This document shows, piece by piece, positions 18,721 to 27,512 of a DNA stretch of 64,000 nucleotides. Source of the stretch: a virus (taxonomy: Duplodnaviria; Caudoviricetes); IMG/VR virus record IMGVR_UViG_2933206877_000003, positions 1-64,000 of that record; one strand, 5' to 3'. A program made the position numbers and the translations under genes. Numbering within the stretch: the first letter of the stretch is position 1; every line of letters begins with the position of its first letter. The notes below the pieces were generated by a model. That model did no database searches and was not told where the DNA came from. It saw only the letters and a list, made by a program, of their open reading frames with translations.

Positions 18721-19194
18721 CTAGCTGATCTCTCGGGTGATGTCGTCCAGGACACGGCTCACAGCCCGGCGGGCGAGTGGGCCGGCGGTCCGGACGGCGT
18801 TGTAGAAGTACGGCTGTTTCGGCTGGTCGACCCAGACCTCGCGGTTACCGAACACCGGGTGCCGCCACCGCTTCGTGCCCTCGACCATCGACGGCAAGGA
18901 CTTCATGCGGCTGGGCATTTTGCGGCCGTCGACACGAATGGCGACACCCGCCTCACGGCCGGAGGTCTTGACCTCGATGCGGGTCGCCCGAGCCAGCGCG
19001 GCTCGCAGCCCGTCGGGGCTGTAGGCCTGCTGGGAGGGGATGTTGCGGATGCTCCGCCGAACCTTCGGCACGAGCGGCTGGGCCGCCTTGCGCAGCTCCC
19101 GGCGGAACTTGGCCTTGAGCTTCTTGTCGTCCATCGCGCGCAGCTCCCGGACGATCCTCCGCAGGTCACCGCTGTCCCGGACGAAGATGCTCAC
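18721..19194 (-). CDS. Putative neck/tail completion protein (HK97 gp10-like)
   Basis: EG..RWRHPVFGNR..WV.Q..PYF motif. Confidence 0.65.
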   Translation of the reverse strand: MSIFVRDSGDLRRIVRELRAMDDKKLKAKFRRELRKAAQPLVPKVRRSIRNIPSQQAYSPDGLRAALARATRIEVKTSGREAGVAIRVDGRKMPSRMKSLPSMVEGTKRWRHPVFGNREVWVDQPKQPYFYNAVRTAGPLARRAVSRVLDDITREIS

Positions 19195-19670
19195 GGGATG
19201 GTGACGTTCTCGGCCGGCACGTTGGTGATCGTGTACTGGAACGTCATGGATGCCGGGTTCTCGATGTCGCGGGACTTCGGGACCGAGCTGACCTTGACGG
19301 GGAAGACGTCCATCTTCTGCCCGGTCACATCCCCTTCGGGGAAGATCACGATGTAACCGGCAGCGTCACGCGGCATGAGCGTGCGCGCGTCCGAAGAGTT
19401 CGAGGACGCGTACAGGGTGATGCTGGAGTCGTCCGCGGTGATCCGCCCCGGGATCTTCTTGACGAACCGGCTGCCCAGATCGGGGGTGTCCTGCTGGTCG
19501 GACGATGTGGCAAAGCCGGAGACGGCGCTGACCTCGGCGGTGAGGTCGGAGCCAGCGTTCAGCTCGGCCCGGCTCGGGGACAGGTAGTTGCTGATGCTGG
19601 CGACCCAGTAGTAGCGGGTTGTGCCCGGCGGGATGTACCGCGATGTCGGGGCGATCGGCGTGGCCACCAT
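19191..19670 (-). CDS. Major tail tube protein
   Basis: PSRAEL..G.DL...TPDLGSRF...IPGR motifs of actinophage tail tubes. Confidence 0.85.
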   Translation of the reverse strand: MVATPIAPTSRYIPPGTTRYYWVASISNYLSPSRAELNAGSDLTAEVSAVSGFATSSDQQDTPDLGSRFVKKIPGRITADDSSITLYASSNSSDARTLMPRDAAGYIVIFPEGDVTGQKMDVFPVKVSSVPKSRDIENPASMTFQYTITNVPAENVTIP

Positions 19671-19673
19671 GGC

Positions 19674-20009
19674 TCAGCTCTCCTCTTCCTGGGGGGCCTT
19701 GGCGCGCCGCGCCGGCCGCTTCTTGGGTTCCGCCGACTCGTCGGTGCCCGACGTGTCTGCTGCGGCGGTGTCGGTGTCGGTGTCGACCGACAGTTGCTCG
19801 GCCTCGTCCTGGGCCTGAGGCTCCTGGTCGGCCTGCTCGGCCGCGGCGGCGGCCGCGGCCGCCGCCGCGAGGGCCGCGCGCTTGTCGAGTTCGTCTTGGG
19901 GCACCAGCTGCCAACCCGCCGCGGTGTAGTGCGGCATGGCGTCCCGGCGCACCTCGATCTCCTGCTCCGCGGGCAGGGTCGGGTGGCGCAAGACGATGGT
20001 GTCGCTCAC
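19674..20009 (-). CDS. Hypothetical protein
   Basis: HPTLP...AGW with a low-complexity C-terminus; 4-nt overlap. Confidence 0.6.
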   Translation of the reverse strand: MSDTIVLRHPTLPAEQEIEVRRDAMPHYTAAGWQLVPQDELDKRAALAAAAAAAAAAEQADQEPQAQDEAEQLSVDTDTDTAAADTSGTDESAEPKKRPARRAKAPQEEES

Positions 20010-20344
20010 GGGACCCTCACCACCGCGACGGTCACGGAGGCCGTGGCCGAGTAGTTGATGGTCGCGAGCCCCGTCGTCGGATCGGCGTACAGGCCGGGGA
20101 TGAGCGGGATGATGCCCAGGCCGGTGGTCGCGCCGACGGAGAAGGTGCTGTCGGCGATGGCGAGGCGGCCGTCGACCTGGCCGGGCGTGGTCAGGGTCAC
20201 GGTGACAGCGGACCCGCTGGCGTTCTTCACCAGGAGGAAAGTCCCGGCGCCACACGCTGCGGTGTCTCCGTTGGTGGCGGCCACGGGGGCCGAGCCGACG
20301 TCGAGCCCGACATTGGGCACGACCTGGGTTACGAGCGCGGTCAT
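20006..20344 (-). CDS. Putative virion structural protein
   Basis: Beta-rich 112 aa protein between terminator and tail tube genes. Confidence 0.65.
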   Translation of the reverse strand: MTALVTQVVPNVGLDVGSAPVAATNGDTAACGAGTFLLVKNASGSAVTVTLTTPGQVDGRLAIADSTFSVGATTGLGIIPLIPGLYADPTTGLATINYSATASVTVAVVRVP

Positions 20345-20381
20345 CGCGCCTCCTGTCTGGGACGGACGGAGCAGGTGAGGG

Positions 20382-20846
20382 TCAGCGGCCGGTGAAGGCG
20401 TCGCAGGTGACGGTGAAGGTGATGGCGGCCTGGGCGCCCTGGTCGACCTGGCCCTGGGAGAGCTGGTGGGCGGAGACCATGGCGCTCATCACGGCGCCGC
20501 CCAGCGAGCGGTCTGTGGCGATGGCTGTCGCGGCCGCGGTGAACAGCTCGTACGCCCGCTTCCGGGCGGCGGCCAGGTCGGTGCCGCCCTGGAGCACGGC
20601 GGCAACGCAGCGGATGGTCAGCTGCTCACGGTCCGGGTTGCCGCCGAGCCCTTCCCGCATCACCAGGGCTTCGGCGTCGGAGGCACCGTCCTCGCCGGTG
20701 TAGGCGACCGTCACCACCTCGGTGACACGGGCCTGGGACACGGAAGCGCCGTCGCGGATCGCGACGCCGGTGAGGCCCTCGGCCGTGGTGAAGGCGCGCA
20801 CCAGGGCGTCGATGGCGGCGGGAAGTGTCGACGTCCAGCCGGGCAT
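20382..20846 (-). CDS. Putative tail terminator protein
   Basis: Position; ARKRAYEL...DRSLGGAV motif. Confidence 0.65.
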   Translation of the reverse strand: MPGWTSTLPAAIDALVRAFTTAEGLTGVAIRDGASVSQARVTEVVTVAYTGEDGASDAEALVMREGLGGNPDREQLTIRCVAAVLQGGTDLAAARKRAYELFTAAATAIATDRSLGGAVMSAMVSAHQLSQGQVDQGAQAAITFTVTCDAFTGR

Positions 20847-21391
20847 CAGGCCACACCCGGGAGCGGGGTGTCGAGCAGTTCCAGCGCACGGTTCGGGATC
20901 GCGTAGCCGCGGCTCGGGGTGTACGTCTCCGTGTCGCCGCCGAACTGCACCTGCATCATGCCGCGCTGTGTCTCCCACAGGTGCTGAATGATGATCTTCG
21001 CGGCGAGGCGGACGTTGGCCCCGACCACGGTGAGGCCGGCCTGGTAGATCCCGACCGCCGTGCCCCTGATCGTGGCTCCGAGGAGAGTGACACGGCCCGA
21101 CTCTGGGTCTACGTGCGCGGCGCTGGGACTGACGTCCCAGGAGTGTGAGCCGTCGAGAGAAGTCAGCGACGTAAGAGAGATGACCGGCACCGACCGGAGC
21201 AGGAACGACCGCACTGGCCGGTGGAAGTCGAGTTCGTCGACGATGGTGCGCGGCTCGACGACTTTCCCGAGCTGCTTCTCTACCGCTGCGGTGGCCGCGT
21301 CGATGAAACCGAGGAGTTCGACGTCGTCGGCGGTGTTGTCGTCGGGGATGTTCAGCTGTGCTTTGGCGGCGGCCAGGCTCACTATCGCCAC
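20846..21391 (-). CDS. Head-tail connector protein
   Basis: VSLAAAKAQLNI...DDVEL..FI.AAT...IIQHLWETQRG. Confidence 0.85.
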   Translation of the reverse strand: MAIVSLAAAKAQLNIPDDNTADDVELLGFIDAATAAVEKQLGKVVEPRTIVDELDFHRPVRSFLLRSVPVISLTSLTSLDGSHSWDVSPSAAHVDPESGRVTLLGATIRGTAVGIYQAGLTVVGANVRLAAKIIIQHLWETQRGMMQVQFGGDTETYTPSRGYAIPNRALELLDTPLPGVA

Positions 21392-21407
21392 GTGGTCACC
21401 TCCGAGG

Positions 21408-23294
21408 TCAGGCCGGCATGAGTTGCCGGATGGCGGTTGTGATCCGGCGGGCGAGGTAGGCGTGGCCGGCGTCGTTGGGGTGGACGGAGTCGGCGCCGAT
21501 GTAGCCGGCCTGGTTGGCGCTGTTGATGAACGCGCCGTGGGTGGCGACGAGGTTGCCTGCGCTGTCGTAGCAACTGCCGGTGAGAGGGCTGACGAACGGG
21601 ATACCGGCGCCTGCGGCTGCCGTTCGCAGGGTCGCGTCCGTGTTCTGGAGTGACGCCGCTGGGCTGGCGGTCGGGGACCAGCAGCCGAGGACGTACATCT
21701 GCGCGGACGGCAGTCCGGTTTTGATCGTCGCGTACAGGCTGTCGGCCGCCGTCTTGATCGCGGGCTGGCTGGCGCCGTTGTCGTTGTAGCCCGCCCAGAT
21801 GATGACCCGGTCCGGGGCATTGCCGATGACGTCTGTGGCGACGCGGTCGGCGAGGATCGCGTAGGAGCCGGCGGTCACATACCCGGTGCCGCCGCGGGCC
21901 TCGTCCCAGACGTCCGACCAGCCCATCCGGCGGGCGAAGCGCTGCACCCACGTACCAGCGCCGCCGCCCACATTGTTCGAGGAGCCGTCGGACAGAGAGT
22001 CCCCGAAGAGGACGGTGCGGCCGCCACCCGGGGCGACCGGCCACAATGCCGCGGTCGGTGGGAGGTAGATCCCTCCCAGGGGGACGGTGTAGAAGTCGAA
22101 GCGGACGGTGCGCAGGGCTGCCGAGCCGAAGTCGACCGTCATCAAATGGGTGGAGCCCGCGGTGGTGCCGCCGATCGGCTGCATCGTGTCGGTGAGCTTG
22201 CGGCCGTCGACCGATATCCGGTAGGCCCCCGCGATCTGGTAGTTGAAGCGCAGCTGGAACGCGGAGGCGTCGGTGGTGAACTCCATCGACCACACGGCTT
22301 GGCTGCTGGTCAGGTTGCCGCGCGTCCACGGGTAGCGGCTGGTGGGGAGTACGTACGTCGAGTCGGGGGTGCCGGTGCCGATCTGGAAGTTGCCGGCGCC
22401 GAGGTAGGTCCACAGGCCGGTCACGTCGGAGCCGCTCAGGGCGACACCGGGTGGCGCCCACTTCACGTAGCCGCTGGTGGGCGTTGAGGTCTGCGCGACA
22501 CTGATCGTGGGCGCGGTGCCCGTGTAGACGCTGTCCGCCACGCTGCCGTCCGGCAGGTCGCGGCGACGCCACGTCGTCAGGGGAAGGAACCGGGCGGCCG
22601 CGTACGCACGGTCGCCGTGTGGGTCCGCAGCCGCTGCGTGCGAGCTGACCTTGTTCGTCGCGTCCGCGGCTGCCGCGGACTGGGCTGATGTCGCCGCGCC
22701 GCTCGGATCCGCCTGTACGTCCGAGGCGCTGAGATTGACGATGCCCTGCTTGCCGTTGACCGAGGTGACCAGGTTGGTTGCCGGGTCGCCCGGGTCACCC
22801 TTCGGGCCCGTCGCACCGGTGGCACCGGCCGCTCCGGCGGCCCCCGGCGCCCCCGGAGCGCCTGGCGGGCCCTGAGCCCCGGTGGCACCGGCAGGTCCGG
22901 GCTCCCCCGGGTCTCCCTTGGGCCCGACGACGGGCACGAAGTTGCCCTGGAGCGGGTCGGGGACGACGACGTCGGCCAGGACGACGGTCGGCGCGCCTTT
23001 CGGGAGAGCGATGTAGCGGACCCAACCGGGCGCGTTGGTGAACATCGCCGTCACGCGATACGTCCACCCCGTCGGTGACATGCCGGTCACATCGTTGGCG
23101 GCGAGCTCCACGGAGAACTCGCCGTCCACCAACGGCACCTCGACGGCACCGCCGAGGAGGACCTGCTGCCCGTCCACCGTCACCACGTCGGGCCCAGCGA
23201 ACAGGATCCGGCCCTCAAACGGCGTCCCGTCCGGCAGGCACAGCCGCCGACCGGAGGAGACCGTCACCCCGTCTACACCAGCAGGCAGTGGCAC
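21408..23294 (-). CDS. Fiber-like protein: N-terminal anchor, collagen repeat, SGNH/GDSL hydrolase
   Basis: GPKGDPG repeats; FGDSL, GGTGY, GYND, DSVHPN catalytic blocks. Confidence 0.85.
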   Translation of the reverse strand: MPLPAGVDGVTVSSGRRLCLPDGTPFEGRILFAGPDVVTVDGQQVLLGGAVEVPLVDGEFSVELAANDVTGMSPTGWTYRVTAMFTNAPGWVRYIALPKGAPTVVLADVVVPDPLQGNFVPVVGPKGDPGEPGPAGATGAQGPPGAPGAPGAAGAAGATGATGPKGDPGDPATNLVTSVNGKQGIVNLSASDVQADPSGAATSAQSAAAADATNKVSSHAAAADPHGDRAYAAARFLPLTTWRRRDLPDGSVADSVYTGTAPTISVAQTSTPTSGYVKWAPPGVALSGSDVTGLWTYLGAGNFQIGTGTPDSTYVLPTSRYPWTRGNLTSSQAVWSMEFTTDASAFQLRFNYQIAGAYRISVDGRKLTDTMQPIGGTTAGSTHLMTVDFGSAALRTVRFDFYTVPLGGIYLPPTAALWPVAPGGGRTVLFGDSLSDGSSNNVGGGAGTWVQRFARRMGWSDVWDEARGGTGYVTAGSYAILADRVATDVIGNAPDRVIIWAGYNDNGASQPAIKTAADSLYATIKTGLPSAQMYVLGCWSPTASPAASLQNTDATLRTAAAGAGIPFVSPLTGSCYDSAGNLVATHGAFINSANQAGYIGADSVHPNDAGHAYLARRITTAIRQLMPA

Positions 23295-23324
23295 AGGTCA
23301 CCCCCGATTCGTTGGCGCTGGGAA

Positions 23325-23681
23325 CTACTTGCTGTCGGCCGGCTTGGCCGCGGCCGACTTCGACGCGGTGGTCTTGGCCGCCGTGGCCTTCTTCGCGGGG
23401 GCCGGCTTGGTGTCCGCGTTCGCGGGCCGAGGCTGGGGCTCGACGGCGGCCTCGGGGGGCCGCGCGGCCGCGGTCGTCTGCGGCGCTGACTCCTTGGCCT
23501 TCGTCTCGGGCGCCGACTTCTTCTCCGCCTCCTCGGCCTCCTCTTGCTTGTCGACGTCGTAGCCGTACTGCTCGCGCAGCACCTGGGCGACGTACTCGGC
23601 GTCCTTCGTTCGCTTTGCGCGGCGGTAGGACTCGTATTCGTCGATCAGCGCTGTCTTGTAGCGCTCGTCGATGACCTTCAC
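23325..23681 (-). CDS. Hypothetical protein with Ala/Lys-rich tail
   Basis: 4-nt overlap with the glycosyltransferase; typical small post-capsid gene. Confidence 0.65.
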   Translation of the reverse strand: MKVIDERYKTALIDEYESYRRAKRTKDAEYVAQVLREQYGYDVDKQEEAEEAEKKSAPETKAKESAPQTTAAARPPEAAVEPQPRPANADTKPAPAKKATAAKTTASKSAAAKPADSK

Positions 23682-24379
23682 AGCGGGCTCACCTGCTCGA
23701 TGTCGGGGAGTTGGGCGTAGTACTGGTCCTTCGCGGCGCGACGCATCGCGGGCCGCTGCCGGGTGCGGTGCTCCAGGCGGACGTCCCACAGCGGCAGGGC
23801 GGGGGCAGCGCGGTGCACGGTGTCGTTGCCGACCAGGACCCGGGTGCTGCCGTCCTCGGCCGGGGCGGTCACGACGTAGTGGGCCTGCTGGATGCGGATG
23901 CCGGGCAGCGCCCGGAACGCGACCCGGATCGGGAACTGCGAGTCCTGGCCGTCATCGATGCCGCGCTCCCACATCGTCACCTCGGCAACGTCGTGATCGG
24001 TCTCCGTGAGCTGCTTCTTCGTGTCGGCGGGCACGCTAGTGAACACCTCGTCGGCGTCGACCCGGAGCAGCCAGTCGGTGCCCGGCTGCGCCATCGTCAT
24101 CGCGAGCCGGAACATGTAGTCCCGTTTGCCGACTTCGCCGCCCCACCAGGGCTCGCGGGGAACATGGATGGTGCAGCCGATCCCCGCACCGGCCGCGGTC
24201 CGTGCGATCGTGTCGGCCTGCTCGGAGCCGGACGCCGGTTTCCGGGTGGCCCCGGGGAAGCGGGCGTACGGTCCGTCGACCGCGATCAGGTGGTCGCAGA
24301 GCTGGGCGAGTCCGGCGACGCACTCGGCGAGCCACGGCGCGGGCTCTTCGTACCAGGACAGCAGCCCGATGACCTTCAT
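23678..24379 (-). CDS. Glycosyltransferase family 2-like protein
   Basis: YEE...L..C...CDHLIAVDG, and DWLLRVDADE DxD motif. Confidence 0.75.
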   Translation of the reverse strand: MKVIGLLSWYEEPAPWLAECVAGLAQLCDHLIAVDGPYARFPGATRKPASGSEQADTIARTAAGAGIGCTIHVPREPWWGGEVGKRDYMFRLAMTMAQPGTDWLLRVDADEVFTSVPADTKKQLTETDHDVAEVTMWERGIDDGQDSQFPIRVAFRALPGIRIQQAHYVVTAPAEDGSTRVLVGNDTVHRAAPALPLWDVRLEHRTRQRPAMRRAAKDQYYAQLPDIEQVSPL

Positions 24380-24876
24380 GCGTGGATCCCCAGCCAGGCG
24401 CCCCGCGGGTTGCGCAGGGACATGCCGGGCTGTCCGGTCTGCGCGCACGCGAATCCGATCTGTGCGTGCACGGACGCCGGGATGTGCCCGTTTCCGGCGT
24501 CGTGCACGAGGACCACGGAGCCCGGCTTCCCGTGCTCGGCCCACAGTGCGATCTCGGCGAAGCGGACGTCGACGTCGCTGTCGAGGATCACGAAGTCGGC
24601 CTCAGCCATGTGGTCGGCGGTCGGCGTCACGAGGTCCGGGTGTGCCGGCGGCCGCCGCCATGCCGGGTCCGACTCGACGCCGAGGAACTGGCAGGAGGTG
24701 AGGTCGAGATGGTCGGTGATGCGGCCGATCCCGACACCGGTCTCCAGGACGTGCTTCGGCTGGAGCATGCGCTGGAGCAGCCCGGCGAACCGGCAGAAGT
24801 CTTGCTCGGGCGACCATTCGTCCCACGACAACCAGCCCGGCTGGGCGTGCCGCGTGTACTGCTGCTCGTCGTGCAT
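24376..24876 (-). CDS. Class I SAM-dependent methyltransferase
   Basis: PKHVLETGVGIG, DFVILDS, PGSVVLVHD motifs. Confidence 0.75.
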   Translation of the reverse strand: MHDEQQYTRHAQPGWLSWDEWSPEQDFCRFAGLLQRMLQPKHVLETGVGIGRITDHLDLTSCQFLGVESDPAWRRPPAHPDLVTPTADHMAEADFVILDSDVDVRFAEIALWAEHGKPGSVVLVHDAGNGHIPASVHAQIGFACAQTGQPGMSLRNPRGAWLGIHA

Positions 24877-24928
24877 GGGTCTCCCGGATCAGGGGGGGCC
24901 GGGCTGGGTGCCCGGCCCCTCAGGCGGA

Positions 24929-26317
24929 TCAGAAGGACGGGGCGATCAGGCCTGTGCCGCCGATCTCGACGACCGACTGGGGGTACCGAGCCGCGGTGAA
25001 GGCCAGGTAGCCGTAGACCTGGAGTCGGACGGTGAGGTTGCCGGAGCCGACCTCGGGCAGGACCCGGGAGCGGATGCCCGACTCGTAGAGGATGACGTCC
25101 GACGCCCGCAGGACGTGGATGACGTCCTCCGTGGTGGAGGCGCCCAGGTTGGTCGGCATGCTCGGGTCGGTGACGACCGGCAGGCCGTGCATCGAGCCGA
25201 CGACCTGCTGCGAGCCGACCACGCCGAGCGTGGCGACCGCGTTCTGCGGGTTGCCGCTGTTCGGGACAACCAGGGGGCGGCCGGTGGAGTCGGATGCGGC
25301 GAGCAGGTACGCCCACCGGCGCGGGTGCATGACGATGACCGTCGGCGCCATGAAGCGGAGGGTGTGGACCCGCTGCACCGCGTCTGCGATCTTGCTGTAG
25401 AGCTTCGCGACGGACGGGGTGGCGTCGGTGTAGCTGACCGTGGTGATCCCGGCCGTGTTGCGGACACCGGTGACCTGGCCGGCCGAGCCCGAGCCGGAGA
25501 TGACCTGGAGGTCGACCTTCGTGGCGTAGTCGGCGACCAGGTCGCGGAAGATGACCTCGTCGAAGCTCACCGGGGACTGGTCGAGCAGCTGGATCGCGAC
25601 GTCCTGCTGACCGGCGATCGTGCGTACCGGCGCGTTGATGAACGTGTCGGTCGCGTCGGTCTCCTGCACCGGGCCGTTGTCCGCGGTCTGCACCCCGGTG
25701 GCCGTGCCGGTGGCCACCTTAGGGATGTTGATGCTGTCGGTTCCGCCGGGCAGCGGCTGATTGTTGACGACGTTTGCGTACGCGCGGCCGGCGCGGGCCA
25801 GCTCGATGTACTGGTCCATGAGCCACAGCGGCGGCACGAAGTATCCGCCCTGCCCGTCGGTGCGGGTCAGGTCCCGGTACTCGGGGTCGGTGGCGACGTC
25901 CTGGGCGTGGCGCTGGAGCCGCTCGCGGGCGGTGCCGTCGTCCATGTTCAGCTGGACGCGGGCGAGGTCCTGGAGGTAGCTGCGCCCGTTGCCCTTCGCG
26001 TAGGTGCGCTCCTCGGAGACGCTGGACACGCGGGCCTTGGCGCGCTTCACCGCGGCGGCGCCGGCGGTGACGGTGGCGGAGCGCTCCGCTTCGGCGGTCA
26101 GCTCCGAGATCCGCTCGTCGAGCTGCGTGAGCTGCCCGTCGAAGTCGGCGATCTGGCCCGTAAGCTCGCGGAACTCGGAGTCCTCCTCGGGGAGGAGGTC
26201 CTCGCGAGCCTCCTCCTCGGCGAGGTCGGTGATGGCCTTGCGCTTGGCGAGGGTGTCCTCGCGCTGCTGCGCGATCTGCTCGCGGCGGGAAAGAAGCCGC
26301 CGGAATCGCTCATCCAT
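24929..26317 (-). CDS. Major capsid protein, HK97 fold
   Basis: N-terminal coiled-coil delta domain; GGYFVPP, MHPRRW, DSTGRPL, GLPVV motifs. Confidence 0.95.
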   Translation of the reverse strand: MDERFRRLLSRREQIAQQREDTLAKRKAITDLAEEEAREDLLPEEDSEFRELTGQIADFDGQLTQLDERISELTAEAERSATVTAGAAAVKRAKARVSSVSEERTYAKGNGRSYLQDLARVQLNMDDGTARERLQRHAQDVATDPEYRDLTRTDGQGGYFVPPLWLMDQYIELARAGRAYANVVNNQPLPGGTDSINIPKVATGTATGVQTADNGPVQETDATDTFINAPVRTIAGQQDVAIQLLDQSPVSFDEVIFRDLVADYATKVDLQVISGSGSAGQVTGVRNTAGITTVSYTDATPSVAKLYSKIADAVQRVHTLRFMAPTVIVMHPRRWAYLLAASDSTGRPLVVPNSGNPQNAVATLGVVGSQQVVGSMHGLPVVTDPSMPTNLGASTTEDVIHVLRASDVILYESGIRSRVLPEVGSGNLTVRLQVYGYLAFTAARYPQSVVEIGGTGLIAPSF

Positions 26318-26350
26318 GAGCGGGTGCCCTTCTGGCGATACGGATCATGA

Positions 26351-26435
26351 CGGCGGCCAGTGCCAGGCCGTGATGAGCCGTCGAGCGCCAGTGCCAGGCG
26401 GGCGACAGCGGACCGTGATCAGTGCCTGATCACGG
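26351..26435 (-). repeat. Three hairpins carrying GGCACU in the capsid 5' leader
   Basis: 13-bp direct repeat GCCTGGCACTGGC (26356-68, 26387-99) and a 10-bp inverted repeat (26413-26435) with GGCACT at its apex. Confidence 0.6.
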
Positions 26436-26456
26436 GTGGAGCGGGGGTGCGCCGGG

Positions 26457-27512
26457 TCAGGACCCGGCGTCTTCGAGGTGGCGGCGCAGGTGCCGCTCGA
26501 CGGCGGCCTTCTGCTCGTCGGGCATGTCGGACTGCGGGAGCAGCGACAGCGCATGCCGGACGGCCGGCAGTGATGCCGGCGATCCGAGACGGGGCTCGTG
26601 GTGCGGGAACCGGTACGACTCCGCCGAGGCCGGGTCTCCGGCCGGATCGACGTACGCGTGCACGTACCGCAGGAGGATCGGGTTGCCGTCTGCTCCTTCG
26701 ATCGCCGCGCGCCGGTCGAGGGCGACGATGTCGGTGGCCGTCGCGTGCGCGGGGATCTGCTCGGCCAGCTGGACGACGACGCTGCCCTCCGCGATGGCGC
26801 GCGCCTCGGCGACGGTAAGACGGCCGCTGCTGGTCTTCTTCGGCTCGGGCCGCATCCGCCGGTGCATCGCCGCGACGGTGTCGCGGGCGCGGGTCAGGCG
26901 CTCCAGATCGATACCGTCGGATCGGATCTCGGCGAGCGCGGCCTCCGGGTCGAGCGTGGCCAACAGCTCCAGGGCCTCGCTCGCGCTGTTCAGCTGCGCG
27001 GATGTCGCCGGGTTGGCCCCCCAGTTGACCACGCTGACGTCGCCCTTGTGGAGGGAGACCTCCAGCAGCCGGCGCTCGGTGTAGTCCTCGGACCACTCGT
27101 CGTCCTTGACGCGGAACCCGAAGCTCATCTCGTCCATGTCGCCGCGCTTCATCTTCGGCACGAGGCTCTGCACGTCGGGGTCAGACGGATCGAGCCCGGC
27201 TTCGACGTGCAGACCGGTCGTGTCCGTGGCCAGTTTCAGCGTGCCGGACTTCGTACGGGCGAGCGGCATGCCGGCGTGGTTGATGAGCAGGTGGGTGTCG
27301 GCGCGGGCAGCGAGGGTCGTGTCGAACGCCTTCCGGTCGACGACCTCGGTCCAGCCGTACGGCGGGCCGCCGTACACCTCGTAGGGGCTGTCGAAGACGG
27401 ACGCGTAGCCGGTGAGGAGGAGCTGACCGCCTCCCATCTCGCGCAGCTCGAAGCGCCCGGACGCGATGCCTCGCCGCTCCGGGGAGTCCCTGAGCTGCTT
27501 GCGGTCAACCAT
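26457..27512 (-). CDS. HK97-family prohead protease with C-terminal extension
   Basis: GYASVF, LINH, LART.SGTL.L, MSFGF, DVSVV..GANP.T. Confidence 0.93.
   Translation of the reverse strand: MVDRKQLRDSPERRGIASGRFELREMGGGQLLLTGYASVFDSPYEVYGGPPYGWTEVVDRKAFDTTLAARADTHLLINHAGMPLARTKSGTLKLATDTTGLHVEAGLDPSDPDVQSLVPKMKRGDMDEMSFGFRVKDDEWSEDYTERRLLEVSLHKGDVSVVNWGANPATSAQLNSASEALELLATLDPEAALAEIRSDGIDLERLTRARDTVAAMHRRMRPEPKKTSSGRLTVAEARAIAEGSVVVQLAEQIPAHATATDIVALDRRAAIEGADGNPILLRYVHAYVDPAGDPASAESYRFPHHEPRLGSPASLPAVRHALSLLPQSDMPDEQKAAVERHLRRHLEDAGS

Noticed and set aside
23711-26350. 879-aa plus-strand ORF
   Set aside because: Antisense shadow of the capsid, methyltransferase and glycosyltransferase genes.
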